This document shows positions 13,607 to 29,045 of a stretch of DNA of 64,000 nt, one piece after another. How positions within the stretch are numbered: position 1 is the first letter of the stretch; each line of letters starts with the position of its first letter. The notes beneath the pieces were generated by a model, which had not been told where the DNA came from, did not search any database, and saw only the letters and a list, made by a program, of their open reading frames with translations. The stretch lies in assembly GCF_009914755.1 (NCBI RefSeq), contig NC_060928.1; one strand, 5' to 3'. The position numbers and the translations under genes are program-made. The DNA comes from the human T2T-CHM13v2.0 reference genome, Homo sapiens.

Positions 13607-13911
13607 TTACAAGGAAATGAGTAAATGTGGTGTTATTTTAAGATTTGTCCAGATATGGAGGAGGGATTTTTTAAAGATTTGCGGGGACCGCTCTCCCAGG
13701 TGCATTTCAATAATTGCCTTGTTGTTTATCTGACCCCTCAGCCTCAGGCCATCTTGCTCACTCCACTTCTCTTCCTCCTTCTCTCTCTTCATTTCCTCTT
13801 TCTCAAGAGGAGAAATATATTCCTGTTATTGCCTCATGCAAAGCAGTTTGACGATCTCTTTTGCTGTCTTGGCTCCTGGCCTCACCATGTCCTCAGGATC
13901 TCAACTTCAGG

Positions 13912-14092
13912 GCAGCAGTTCTTGGTGTTGTCTAGAGAACAGCAGCAGCAGCATGACCTGGGAACTTGGCAGTGCAAATTCTCAGGTTTCACCACAGACC
14001 TACTAGATCAATAATTCTAGGGGCGGGCTCAGAAATCTGTCTTAACCAGACTTCCAAGTGATTCTGATGTATTAAAGTTTGAGAACTATTGC
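13912..14092 (+). mobile_element. MER5A
   Basis: CAGCAGCAGCATGACCTGGGAACTTG...TGCAAATTCTCAGG...AGACCTACT...GTGATTCTGATG...AAAGTTTGAGAACTATTG. Confidence 0.8.
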
Positions 14093-15086
14093 TTTAAAGA
14101 ATAACAGTTAAGCAGCTGATAGAAGAAGAGCTGCCAGTAAAGAAATGGAGAATAGTTCCACCGCAAAACACTGCTTTCAGTGGCAGTGGCAACAAGTGGC
14201 TGGGAGGGAGGAGAACATAGGCCACCACCACCATCCCTGTAATCTCTTATTACTTTTCTAATGTAGAATCTCAATACAAATGCCCCATCTCCCAATTCCC
14301 ACTAGATTGCCATACTTTTCCAATAAGCTCCTTTATAAAATAGTCTGAAGCTGCCAGTAATTGCTCTAGTGCTGCTTTAGCTGTTACATAAACGTGTGAT
14401 ACAAGATTCGCAGAATATATTTATAATCAGAAAACAGTTATTAAAGATAGATACAAAATAAGGATAGGTAGTTGAGCACAACTGTGGGGACCAAGACAAT
14501 GAGTGATTAATTCTGGTTTAGGTTTATATTATAAATCAGAACCTCTTCTTTATTTTGTATAAATGAATTGGAGCACTGAGCAAATAATATATGCAAAAGA
14601 TATGCCAGCTGGTCTGAAATTCTAACAATATATCATTACAGAAGCTGGGCATTGGCTAAGGTTTTGTTTGTTGGTTTGTTGGTTGGTTGGTTGTTTTTGC
14701 TTTTCACGGTACATAGTTTTAGGGGTGTTTCTATATGTGATCAAGGTCTGTCATTGGAAACAAACTTCACAAAAGGTATCACACAGCCAACAGCCTCAGT
14801 AGGAGAAAAAAGGCAAAGGAATGTGTGGGAGGGAAAGATAGAGAAATAGAAGGGCCTATGCCCTAGATTCTTCTAACTCCAGTTAGAAAAAACAAGAACA
14901 AGCATCCTCCCCAGTTTAGGCAATTCATGATGTATCTCTTGGCCTGATATTAATTGTTTTATGTCCAAAACTCTGTTGTAATTGTAAAAGCAAAAGTAGT
15001 CTGTAGGATTTTTTTCAATGAAGTTAAAAATATTCTCCTGATTTTCTAGTATATTTTACATGCCTTCCTACATAGTTGATATTTTG

Positions 15087-15835
15087 ATTAGTTATATATT
15101 GTTGCATAACAAAGTACTGCAAAATACAGTGCCTTAAGACAACAAACACATATTATGAAGTCTCTGGGATGAGAAATCCAAGAGCAGCTTACCTGGGTTT
15201 TTATGTCTCAGGTTCTCTCATAAGGTTACCATCAAGATGTCAGTCAAAGCTGTATCAAAAAAGCTTGACTGAGCACTTTGTAGGCCGAGGCAGGCAGATC
15301 ACCTGAAGTCAGGAGTTTGAGACAAGCGTCGCCAGCATGGCAAAACCCCATCTCTACTGAAAATACAAAAATTAGCCAGGCGTGGTGGCGGGTGCTTGTA
15401 ATCCCAGCTACTTATGAGGCTGAGGCAAGAGGATCGCTTGAATCTGGGAGGTGGAGGTTGCAGCATGCTGAGATTGCAACACTGCACTCCAGCCTGGGCG
15501 ACAGAGTGAAACTCCATTTCAATAAATAAATAAATAAATAAAAGCTTGACTGAGGCTGGAGGATGATTCACCTCCAGGATGGCTTACTCTTGTGACTGTT
15601 TGCAGGAAGCTCAGTTTCTCACCACATGGGCATCTCCATAAAGCTGCTCACAAAATGGCAGCCAGTTTCCGCTAGAGTATGAATTCCAAGAGAGAAAGAA
15701 TGGTGTCCTGTAAGCCTAGTCTCTGAAGTTGCATACCATCACTCCCACTTTATTCTATTTGGCACTAAGTACAGCCTAGACTCCCTAGGATGGGAATTAG
15801 GCTCCACCTCTTCGAGTAGTATCAAAGAATTTTAT
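15087..15835 (-). mobile_element. MaLR LTR (MLT1F/G-like) interrupted by an Alu
   Basis: ATTGTTGCATAACAAA...CCATCAAGATGTCAG...GCTTGACTGAGGCTGGAGGAT...CTCAGTTTCTCACCACATGGGC...ATACCATCACT; the LTR reads continuously across the Alu TSD. Confidence 0.7.
15274..15539 (+). mobile_element. 5'-truncated AluS with (AATA)n tail and 15-bp TSD
   Basis: Starts CACTTTGTAGGCCGAGGCAGGCAGATCACCTG. TSD AAAAGCTTGACTGAG at 15259-15273 and 15540-15554. Confidence 0.95.
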
Positions 15836-15873
15836 CTACATCATCTAATATGTAAAACAAGTTGGCAAGGTAA

Positions 15874-16172
15874 GGCTGGGCATGGTGGCTCAAGCCTGTA
15901 ATACTAGCACTTTGGGAGGCTGAGGCAGGCAGATCACTTGAGGTCAGGAGTTCAAGACTAGCCTGGCCAAAATGGTTAAACTCCATCTCTACTAAAAATA
16001 CAAAAATTAGCTGGGTGTGGTAGCATGTGCCTGTAGTCCCAGATACTTGGGAGGCTGAGGCAGAAGCATCGCTTGAACCTGGGAGACGGAGGTTGCAGTG
16101 AGCTAAGATCAGCCACTGCACTCCAGCCTGGGGTGACAGAGTGAGACTCTGTCTCAAAGAGAAAAAAAAAAA
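15874..16172 (+). mobile_element. Full-length AluS (AluSz/Sx-like)
   Basis: GGCTGGGCATGGTGGCTC...CACTTGAGGTCAGGAGTTC...TACTAAAAATACAAAAATTAGC...GAGACTCTGTCTC plus A tail. Confidence 0.95.
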
Positions 16173-16179
16173 TGGGGAG

Positions 16180-17453
16180 GTATAAATGGATCTAAAAGGA
16201 AATAAAGTTTCCATGGTTCACACAAAGTGGAAAATGTTGATACTAGTGATCACATAAGTCACATTAAAATACTAAATGTTGATACTAATGATTACATGAT
16301 AAGTCACATTAAAATTAAAATACAAAACCACAAAGAAAACTACTGAAAGAGAGACACTCAAGAACAATATAAATAACTCAAGAAGGAATCTCAAAAAATG
16401 TTAAGTGACTCACAAAAAAGCAAAAAAATAGAAAAGAATAAACAACAGAAAACAAATAATTAAATTACAGACTTAAGACCTAACAATGGAAATGGTCTAA
16501 TTACACCATCTTTTAAAGGCAGAAAGTAGCAAGGTATATTAAACACACACACACACACACACACACACCCCACCTACATGCTACTTACAAGAAACTCACT
16601 TCAAATTCAATAATAAAACTAAGCATGCAATTACCATATGACCAAGCAATTGCACTATTGAGCATTTATCCCAAAGAAATGAAAATGTATGTTCACACCA
16701 AAACCTATACAAAAATATTCTTAGCAGTTATATTTAAAAAGTGAAAAACTGGGGAAAAAAAGAATAGATAACTTTCAATAAGTGAATGGTAAAACAAACA
16801 GTGGTACATTCATACCATTGAATATTACTCTACATACAATACAAAAGGAGCAAACTATTGAAGCACACAACTCAGATGAATTTCAAGGAAATGCTCAGTT
16901 AAAAAAAAAAAGCCAATTCCAAAAAGTTGCAGGCTGTGTGATTCCATTCCCATAATATGCTTGAAACGATAAAATTTTAGAAATAAAGAACAGGCATGGT
17001 TGCAAGGGGTTAGGGATGGGAGTGAGAGTAAGAGGGAGGTGGGCATGGTAAAGGAAAAGCATGCAGCAACATGAGGGATCCCTGTGGTGATCTAACTGAT
17101 CTGCATCTTTAATGTTGTGTTGGTAGTAGCATGTAGGTAAACCCGTATGTGATAAAATATCACTATATACACTGCATACTATACAGTGTTTGTGCTATAT
17201 AGTGATAAAATATCACCACATACACACACAAATGAGTGCAAGTAAAATTGAGGAACTCTGAATAAAATTGGTGCATTATATCAATGTCAATATCTGTGTT
17301 TTTAATTCACTTGTGATACTGTACTATTGTAAGATGTTACCACTGGGGAAAACTAGGTAAAATGTATTAGGTAAGTGGATCTCTCCATAGTATTTCTATG
17401 ATTCCATGTGAATCTACAATTATCACAAAAGTTTAAAAATTTAATTTAAAAAA
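16180..17453 (+). mobile_element. L1MC-type (L1MC1-like) fragments including the 3'UTR
   Basis: TTACCATATGACCAAGCAATTGCACT...ATTTATCCCAAAGAAATGAAAA; GAGGGATCCCTGTGGTGAT; ATCAATGTCAATATC; AGATGTTACCACTGGGGAAAACT; ATGTGAATCTACAATTATC. Confidence 0.75.
16543..16568. repeat. (CA)n microsatellite
   Basis: Pure AC run. Confidence 0.9.
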
Positions 17454-18345
17454 TACATCTTTATATGTCTTTATAGTCAAATGTAAAGTCTGCAATAACA
17501 CTCTTCCTGAATGCTTAACTAATATTTGCACCCCTGCAGCTCACAATCATGTTAGCTAGAAGATCTTAAAAAAAAATGCAATGTTGGAATATCAGACTCC
17601 CTTCCAGTAGAAAATGTGATTACACATACCTGAAGGAACCATGTGATAAATAAAGATTTGTGATTTCCAAATTAATGAAAAGTATTACCCTAGCCTGGAT
17701 CTCTGCCAGGAAATATAAGATAAGCAAAAGTCTGCATACTACTGGAAAGTCAAATATGTTACCTTTTAAGGAATCAACAATCACAAGAAAATTAGAATGG
17801 CTTGCTTAAAACTAGAGTATGCATTCAAGTGTACATAAGACCTGCTAGTTAAACAGATTTTTCAAACAGTCACTTTAAGCTACTTTTGTCTTCAGTCTGT
17901 ACAGGAATGCATATGCGTTTATGTATCTATCAGTAAGTCTGTCTGTCCTGTGGTGTGGTGGTGTTCCTATTTCTAGTTCTTCTGTATCAAAAAGCTTGGC
18001 TACTTTATTAGTAGTTCAGCCTTTAATTCATCTGGAGTTCAACAGTAACTCAAGTTTCCTTTGAGGAACTTAAAATAATGTATTCTCTTTCTGGTAAATG
18101 CCAGATACTCTGATTTTTTATTTGCTATGGCCAATATTCAGGAGTTTGAGATATAATTTTTTCAAATAGTAGCTTGATTGTAACTTGCCTTTACAACTTG
18201 ATATTTATGAAAAGTAAATGTAAATTAAGTTCATTTTGTTAATGTTTACATAATTCAGATTGATGGAAGTTATCTTATAAACTTATTTCTTTTCCAGATT
18301 ATTGCTAGAACTTTTAAGAAATGCTTATTTTTGGGAGGTGGCTGG

Positions 18346-18355
18346 CAAGATGGCC
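18346..18355 (+). promoter_or_regulatory. YY1 site of the L1 internal sense promoter
   Basis: CAAGATGGCC about 13 nt inside the L1 5' end, the canonical position. Confidence 0.8.
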
Positions 18356-18750
18356 GAAGAGGAACAGCTCCGGTCCGCAGCTCCCAGCAAGATCAACACA
18401 GAAGACAGGTGATTTCTGCATTTCCAACTGAGGTACCCGGCTCATCTCATTGGAACTGGTTAGACAGTGGGTACAGCCCACAGAGGGTGAGCTGAAGCAG
18501 GGTGGGTTGGTGCCTCACCGGGGAAGGGCAAGGGGCCAGGGAACTCCCTCCCCTAGCAAAGGGAAGCCGTGATGGACTGTGCCATGAAGGACGGTGCATT
18601 CTAACCCAGATACTAGGCTTTTCCCATGGTCTTCACAACCCACAGACCAGGAGATTCCCCTGGGTGCCTACACCACCAGGGCCCGGGGTTTCAAGCACAA
18701 AACTGGGTGGCCATTTGGGCAGACACTGAGCTAGCTGCAGGAGTTTCTTT

Positions 18751-18957
18751 TCATACACCAGTGGTGCCTGGAATGCCAGCAAGACAGAACCATTCACTAC
18801 CCTGGAAAGGGGGCTGAAGCCAGGTAACCAAGTGGTCTAGCTCAACGGATCCCACCACTACAGAGCCCAGCACTGGTTTGAAATTCTGACTGCCAGCACA
18901 GCAGTCTGAAGTCGAGCTGGAATGCTCAGGCTTGGTGGGGGGAGGGGCATCTGCCAT
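18751..18957 (-). CDS. ORF0: L1 antisense ORF0-like open frame (68 aa)
   Basis: MADAPPP...SDCCA...SVVVG resembles the L1 ORF0 N-terminus (MAGAPPP...SDCCA...SVGVG, recalled). It lies antisense in the 5'UTR with Kozak context GTAATGG. Expression unknown. Confidence 0.55.
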   Translation of the reverse strand: MADAPPPTKPEHSSSTSDCCAGSQNFKPVLGSVVVGSVELDHLVTWLQPPFQGSEWFCLAGIPGTTGV

Positions 18958-19666
18958 TACTGAGGCTTGAGTAGGCAGTTCTCACCTCACAGTGTAAACA
19001 AAGCCATCAGGAAGTTCAAACTGGGTGGAACACACTGCAGCTCAGCAAAGCCACTATAGCCAGACTGTCTCTCTAAGATTCCTCCTCTCTGGGCAGGGCA
19101 TCTCTGAAAGAAAGGCAGCAGCCCTAGTCAGGGGCTTATAGATAAAACTTCCGTCTCCCTGGGACAGAGCATCTGGGGGAAGGGGCAGCTGTGGGCACAG
19201 CTTCAGCAGACTTAAATGTTCCTGCCTGCCAGCTCTGAAGACAGCAGGGGATTTCCCAGCACAGCGCTCGAGCTCTGCCAAGGGAGAAGCTGTCTCCTCA
19301 AGTGGGTCCCTAACCCCCGTGCCTCCTCACAAGGAGACACCTCCCAGCAGGGGTCGACAGACACCTCATACAGGAGAGCTCCGGCTGGCGTCTGGTGGGT
19401 GCCCCTCTGGGATGAAGCTTCCAGAGGGAGGAACAGGAAGCAATCTTTGCTGTTCTGCAGCCTCCGCTGGTGATACCCAGGCAAACAGGGTCTGGAGTGG
19501 ACCTCCAGCAAACTCCAGCAGACCTGCAGCAGCGGGGCCTGACTGGTAGAAGGAAAACGAACAAACAGAAAAGAATGGCATCAACATCAACAAAAAGGAC
19601 ATCCACACAAAAACCCCATTCAAAGGTCACCAACATCAAGGGTCAAAGGTAGATAAATCCACGAAG

Positions 19667-20679
19667 ATAAGAAAAATCAATGCCAGTGCAAAAAGGCTGA
19701 AAATTTCGAAAACCAGAATGCCTCTTCTCCTCCAAAGGATCACAACTCCTCGCCAGCAAGGGAACAAAACTGGATGGAGAATGAGTTTGACGAACTGACA
19801 GAAGTAGGCTTCAGAAGGTGGGTAATAACAAATTCCTTTGAGCTAAAGGAACATGTTCTAACCCAGTGCAAAGAAGCTAAGAACCTTGAAAAAAAGGTTA
19901 AAGGAATTGCTAACTAGAATAAGCAGTTTAGAGAAGAACATAAATGGCCTGATGGAGCTGAAAAAATACAGCACAAGAACTTCATAAAGCATACACAAGT
20001 ATCAATAACCAAATTGAACAAGCAGAAGAAAGGATATCAGAAATTGAAGATCAACTTAATGAAATAAAATGTGAAGACAAGATTAGAGAAAAAAGAATGA
20101 AAAGCAATGAACAAAGCCTCCAAGAAATATGGGACTATGTGAAAATATCAAATCTACGTTTGATTGGTGTACCTGAGTGATGGGGAGAATGAAACCAAGT
20201 TGGAAAACACTCTTCAGGATATTATCCAGGAGAACTTCCCCAATCTATTAAGGCAGGCCAACATTCAAATTCAGGAAATCCACATAGACACTCCTTGAGA
20301 AGAGCAACCCGAGACACATAACCATCAAATTCACCAAGGTTGAAATGAAGGAAAAAATGTTAAGGGCAGCCAGAGAGAAAGGGTGGGTTGCCCACAAAGG
20401 GAAGCCCATCAGACTAACAGCAGATCTTTCTATATATAAGCCAAAAGAGAGTGTGGGCCAATATTCAACATTATTAAAGAAGAGAATTTTCAACCCAGAA
20501 TTGCATATCCAGCCAAACTAAGCTTCATAAGTGAAGGAGAAATAAAATCCTTTACAGACAAGCAAATGCCGAGGGCTTTTGTCACCACCAGGCCTGCCTT
20601 ACAAGAGCTCCTGAAAGCAGCACTAAATATGGAAAGGAAAAACCAGTACCAGCCACTGCAAAAACATAGCAAATTGTAA
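19667..20679 (+). pseudogene. L1 ORF1 remnant (start ATG>ATA, frameshifts)
   Basis: CCACGAAGATAAGAAAA at the ORF1 start position. Internal CCAAGAAATATGGGACTATGTGAAA and CCAGCCAAACTAAGCTTCATAAGTGAAGGAGAAAT. Ends AAATTGTAA. Confidence 0.85.
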
Positions 20680-20742
20680 AGACCACCGACACTATGAAGA
20701 AACTGCATTAACTAACGGGCAAAATAACCAGCTAGCACCATA

Positions 20743-24573
<3,831 letters not shown>

Positions 24574-24594
24574 ACAATGAGAACACATGGACAC

Positions 24595-24650
24595 AGGGAG
24601 GGGAACATCACACACCGGGGGCTGCTGTGGGGTGGGGAGCTAGGGGAGGG
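24595..24650 (+). other. G-rich polypurine tract of the L1 3'UTR (potential G-quadruplex)
   Basis: GGGAGGGG...GGGGGCTGCTGTGGGGTGGGGAGCTAGGGGAGGG. Confidence 0.6.
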
Positions 24651-25053
24651 ATAGCATTAGAAGAAATACCTAATGTAGATGACAGGTTGATGGGTGTAGC
24701 AAACCAACAAGGCACGTGTATTCCTAGGTAACAAACGTGCACATTCTGTACATGTATCCCAGAACTTAAAGTATAATTATATTAAAAAAAAAGAAAAAAA
24801 TGAACAAGTAAAAGAAAACTAATAAAAACTCTGCCTTAAAAAAAAAAACAGAAATGCTTATTTTTGAGGGGAGTTTTGCTTATATGCAGAACATCATAAG
24901 GAGATAAATTGCATGTTTACAGTGATTATTTCAGGTGATATGGTTCACAGTAACTTTTTTTTATTAATGTCTTATTTTCCAAAGTTGCTGCACCAGGTAT
25001 GTATTAGTTTTGAAACCAGAAAATATATTCTTGAAAAACATGAATAGATTTCA

Positions 25054-25308
<255 letters not shown>

Positions 25309-26160
25309 TCATATTTCCTTCCATTTTTCTAATTTTTCTCACTTTGCATAATGAGCATTTATTAATTTCATAATGAGGAGATAATGTAAAGCATATTCAT
25401 ACCACCTCCCAGTGTCTTATTCTTCTCAAATATCACAGTAGCAGCAGTTGCACTCTATGAAATCTTAGCTCTGGCTGTTCACAGAAGAGTGTGTCAGCAG
25501 ACAGAGTTTCACACTGATATTAGTCACTGAGCAAAGAGAAAAAAGCAAATAACCAAATTCATAAAGAACCTTAGTAACCGCAAAAGAAACCAAGTCAAGC
25601 ATACACTAGTGTTCCAGGTGACAATATATGTCTTCCACAGAGGTTACTCATAACATAAAGATTATCTCTGGTCTTCTTTCAATACTGATATAAGCAGCTC
25701 AAAGCAAAGAGAAGAATACTGACATGGATGTGCTTAAAGAGAAAGGTGGCTTTTTAAAAAACAGAGGTGATCACAGATGCAACATCAGACAGGGATTATT
25801 CATTGAACAGTGCAGTTCGTATAGAAAACTATAAGCACTCTCTCCTCCCCAAAACCATTTTGAAATCCTCGACACCTACCTGCTCCCTGCCAGACACTCA
25901 AACTCAAAATGCCAAACACTAAAGAAGGAATTACAATCATTGGAGGGAAACGATTGCTGGGCCAATACTAAGTACAGAATAAAAACTTGTAACAATAATT
26001 CAGTTTCAAAAGAATAACACTAAATTAAAGCCAACTCATAACTGTATATCTTTATCTTACTTCTCTCAATCATGGTAGAATTTGATGAATATAAAATAAT
26101 GTTTAAAATAAAATTGAAAAGATAATAATAAGCTCTGACTTATCATTTATTAATTGCTTT

Positions 26161-26680
26161 CTGCCTTAGTCTGAGTTTCCCAGAAAGCAGAACGTCATGC
26201 AAAGGCTTATGTGCTACTTTGTTAAGGTGTACAAGCCCAGGGAGACAGGAGTGCGGAAGGGGGAAGTAAATCAAAGAAGGAGGGAAATAAAATGCAAGTC
26301 GTATATAGAGCCCCTCGGATTGTTCTATCTTCTGTAACCATCTTCTAAGAGGCTGTATAAACTATCTCAGAACAATCCACCCAAGGTGAGAAAGAGAAAA
26401 AAATTACCCACCACTCATTATCAAAGTTTTTGCCCACTGATACTGATTTCCTTGAATCCCTGGGATGCACATACATGGGGACTTAGGAGGTCACGCACGG
26501 TCTCACATTCAGCACAGGTGAAGGGGTAAAAGGTACACAGTACAGGCAGAAAGCAAAGCACTGTCACATTCTTCCCTTGTGGGGCCAGTAGCTGCAGCAA
26601 CTCAGTACAAGCACCCAGAAACTCTAGATACAGGTGAAGCCAAAAGATGAGTTGTCATGTGGAATATCTTGATGCAGCCC
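26161..26680 (-). mobile_element. Old MaLR/ERVL-type LTR remnant
   Basis: CCTTAGTCTGAGTTTCCCAGAAAGCAGA...AAGCCCAGGGAGACAGGAGTG...GGAAGTAAATCAAAGAAGGAGGGAAA resembles older MLT1 termini; right boundary uncertain. Confidence 0.5.
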
Positions 26681-27164
26681 AATCCTTGCATTGCTCAGTC
26701 CTCTCGCATAATATACAGTTCCTATACAAGAATTAGACTTCCATTGTTAAAATAAAATGTACTGTTAAAACAAAAAGACCTGTCCTCTCAGCAAAGCAGT
26801 ATGGTTTAAAACAGCTTTATTCCTATTAAGTGGTATATTAACTGGAAATGTTTGGGAACCACTGAAAATGTAAGTTTGCTTGTGCTTTTGAGATGGGGGA
26901 GAGATGGAGAAAGTCCGTGCCATCCATGCTGTGAAAGCCTTTGATCTTCCTTAATTTGCCATTACCTTGATCGGTTTGGACCAAGTTCAGAAGAGCCTTC
27001 TCTATACAAACATTAGCATTAATTATGGGTAAATAGCAGCACGAATTATGAGATCTTTGTACAGTTTTAGCATCTATGGTCTTATATGCTACAACTAGAA
27101 AGCCACTGCACAGAAAGCTAGAAAACGTTTGTTACCATTCAGGCTTAATCATTGTCAGCCTTAG

Positions 27165-27287
27165 GTAAATTGTTCACTCAAATATTTATGGTATAACTAC
27201 TATATATCAAGCACTTTTCTAGTCTTCACAAATAATAAAATGAAAGTATCATTCCTGCCCTCAAGGAGTTCAGAATCTAAATGGAGT
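27165..27287 (-). mobile_element. L2 3' fragment
   Basis: TTCACTCAAATATTTATGG...TACTATATATCAAGCAC...TTCCTGCCCTCAAGGAGTTCAGAATCTA. Confidence 0.65.
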
Positions 27288-28241
27288 AATTTAAATTTTA
27301 ATGGAAAAACTTATAGTCTGATGCAAAAATCTACCCAGATCTCCAGATCTCAATTTCCTCAAGGAGAAAATGCCATCTAGATGTTTTATAAGGCTCTTCC
27401 AGCTCCGTAAAAGCTTGCTACCCACAGCAAACAGCAAAGTAAATAAAGCAGATGCCTCATCCCCATGCCTTTCCATGCATAACTGGTTCAGATTTGGCCC
27501 ATGCTGGAACGCAGACCACTTACCTTCAAATGCACCTTCATTGCATAGGTCTCAGGAGGCTAGGTTTTCAAGCCACCCTGCAAGGTTATGACCTAGATTT
27601 TGAACCAGATAGAATTCAAGATCACTACAGCCAGGGTCAGGCTTATAAGTGCTGAGCCCATCTAAACATGGCTTCCCCACTTCGAACACTTCCTATCCAT
27701 GAAAACCCAGCATACCTTGCATCAGAAGGGTCAGGACATGGATGACATTCAAGTTTCCTTTTAGCTCTAAGGATTCTAAGAAACCTGGGGAATATTTACT
27801 CAAATAAATAGCAAATAAAAGCATGAAACTTACAGCCTGTGAGAGGAGCAGACATGTAAGAAGCCCAACTTTACTGCTAGTGAAAGTGCTTTAATCACTG
27901 ATTGCCCAGCATGCTTTGAGTGCATACAACAGGATGAAGGACAGGATATGAAGGGAAGATAGGAAGAGCTCCCAGGGGCAGGCAACGTAAGGAAAGAATA
28001 AGAATACTAAAAAATCAAGTCTCACATTGCTAAACCAGAAACACCTTTCTATGATTAGTTTAGCCTCTTAGATGAATTACAAAACTATTGTTCCTAATAA
28101 AGTTCCTGGGTGAAACTAAGTACTATGAGAATTAGGCACTACTCCTGGAGCGAATATGAGTCTCCTGTGAGAGGGAAGTAAATGTAGGAGTTTCAACTCT
28201 GAATGCGCCTCTTGGTGATAAAGAGAGAAGGATAATTCCTG

Positions 28242-28650
28242 CAGCTGTGCCCCCCAGACGTTAGCCTGCATAAGAATCACCTGGAAGGCTTATTAAAACA
28301 CAGAATCCTGGACCCTGGATTCTTAATACACTGCCCCAAATTCTGATTCAGTAGATCTAGGGTGAGAGTGAGGAATTAGTATTTCTAGAGAAATCTCACA
28401 TAATGTTGATGATGCTGGTCCTTGGACCACACATGTAATGGCATTGCCCTAGAGCAGTGGTTCTCAAATATTGGCCTACTTCAGAATTACCTTGAGGGCT
28501 TGTTAAAATATAGGTTGCACCTGGGCCCCACCCGCAGCATTTCTGATTTAGTAGGTCTGTGCAGGGTTTAGAAATTTCCATTTCTAACAAGTTCCCAGGT
28601 GATGTCCAGGCTGCTTGTCCTGCCACCACACTCTGAATAGCTTTGCTCTA
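28242..28650 (-). mobile_element. Two tandem MER5A elements
   Basis: Each carries AGAATCACCTGGA(A)GGCTT(G/A)TTAAAA...TTCTGATT(C/T)AGTAG(G/A)TCT...ATTTCTA...GATG...GCTG(G/C)T...CCACAC; joined at CCCTAGAG. Confidence 0.85.
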
Positions 28651-28849
28651 GGAACTTTCTACATGACAGTGTTTTTTTCTGAAAAAAATGCCAATTTCTA
28701 GAAATCTTCACAAAAGAGATGCTGGAGCAGTAGATGGCATATGTAGGCTAGAGTCAAATGGAAGGCAGAGAATATCAGTGAGAAAGAATATATGGTAGGG
28801 AGAGACCAAATAGGAGGAAAAGAGGAAACATCTCAAGCATGCCCCAACA

Positions 28850-29045
28850 AAGTGATGAAGTGGAAAGAACACTAGTTTTTCGGTCACATAGACATAGGTT
28901 CAGATCCCATGTGTGATGCATCTGATGCAAAATATATATCCCAAGCCATTTTCCCAATTGAAAATGTGTATAATGATGCTTATTTCATAGAATTCTTCTG
29001 TGTGTTTCATGTGGCAAATACATTCAAACACCTAACACATAATAA
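28850..29045 (+). mobile_element. MIR
   Basis: GTGGAAAGAACACTAG...GACATAGGTTCAGATCCCA...AAAATGTGTATAATGATGCTTATTTCATAG. Confidence 0.55.

Noticed and set aside
13625-14014. 129-aa Leu/Phe-rich ORF
   Set aside because: Runs through a pyrimidine-rich tract and into a MER5A; compositional artefact
15299-16214. ORFs of 70-130 aa (also at 25051, 32510, 47365 and 56108)
   Set aside because: Typical translations of Alu sequence (AQAGVQW, SASASQ motifs), not genes
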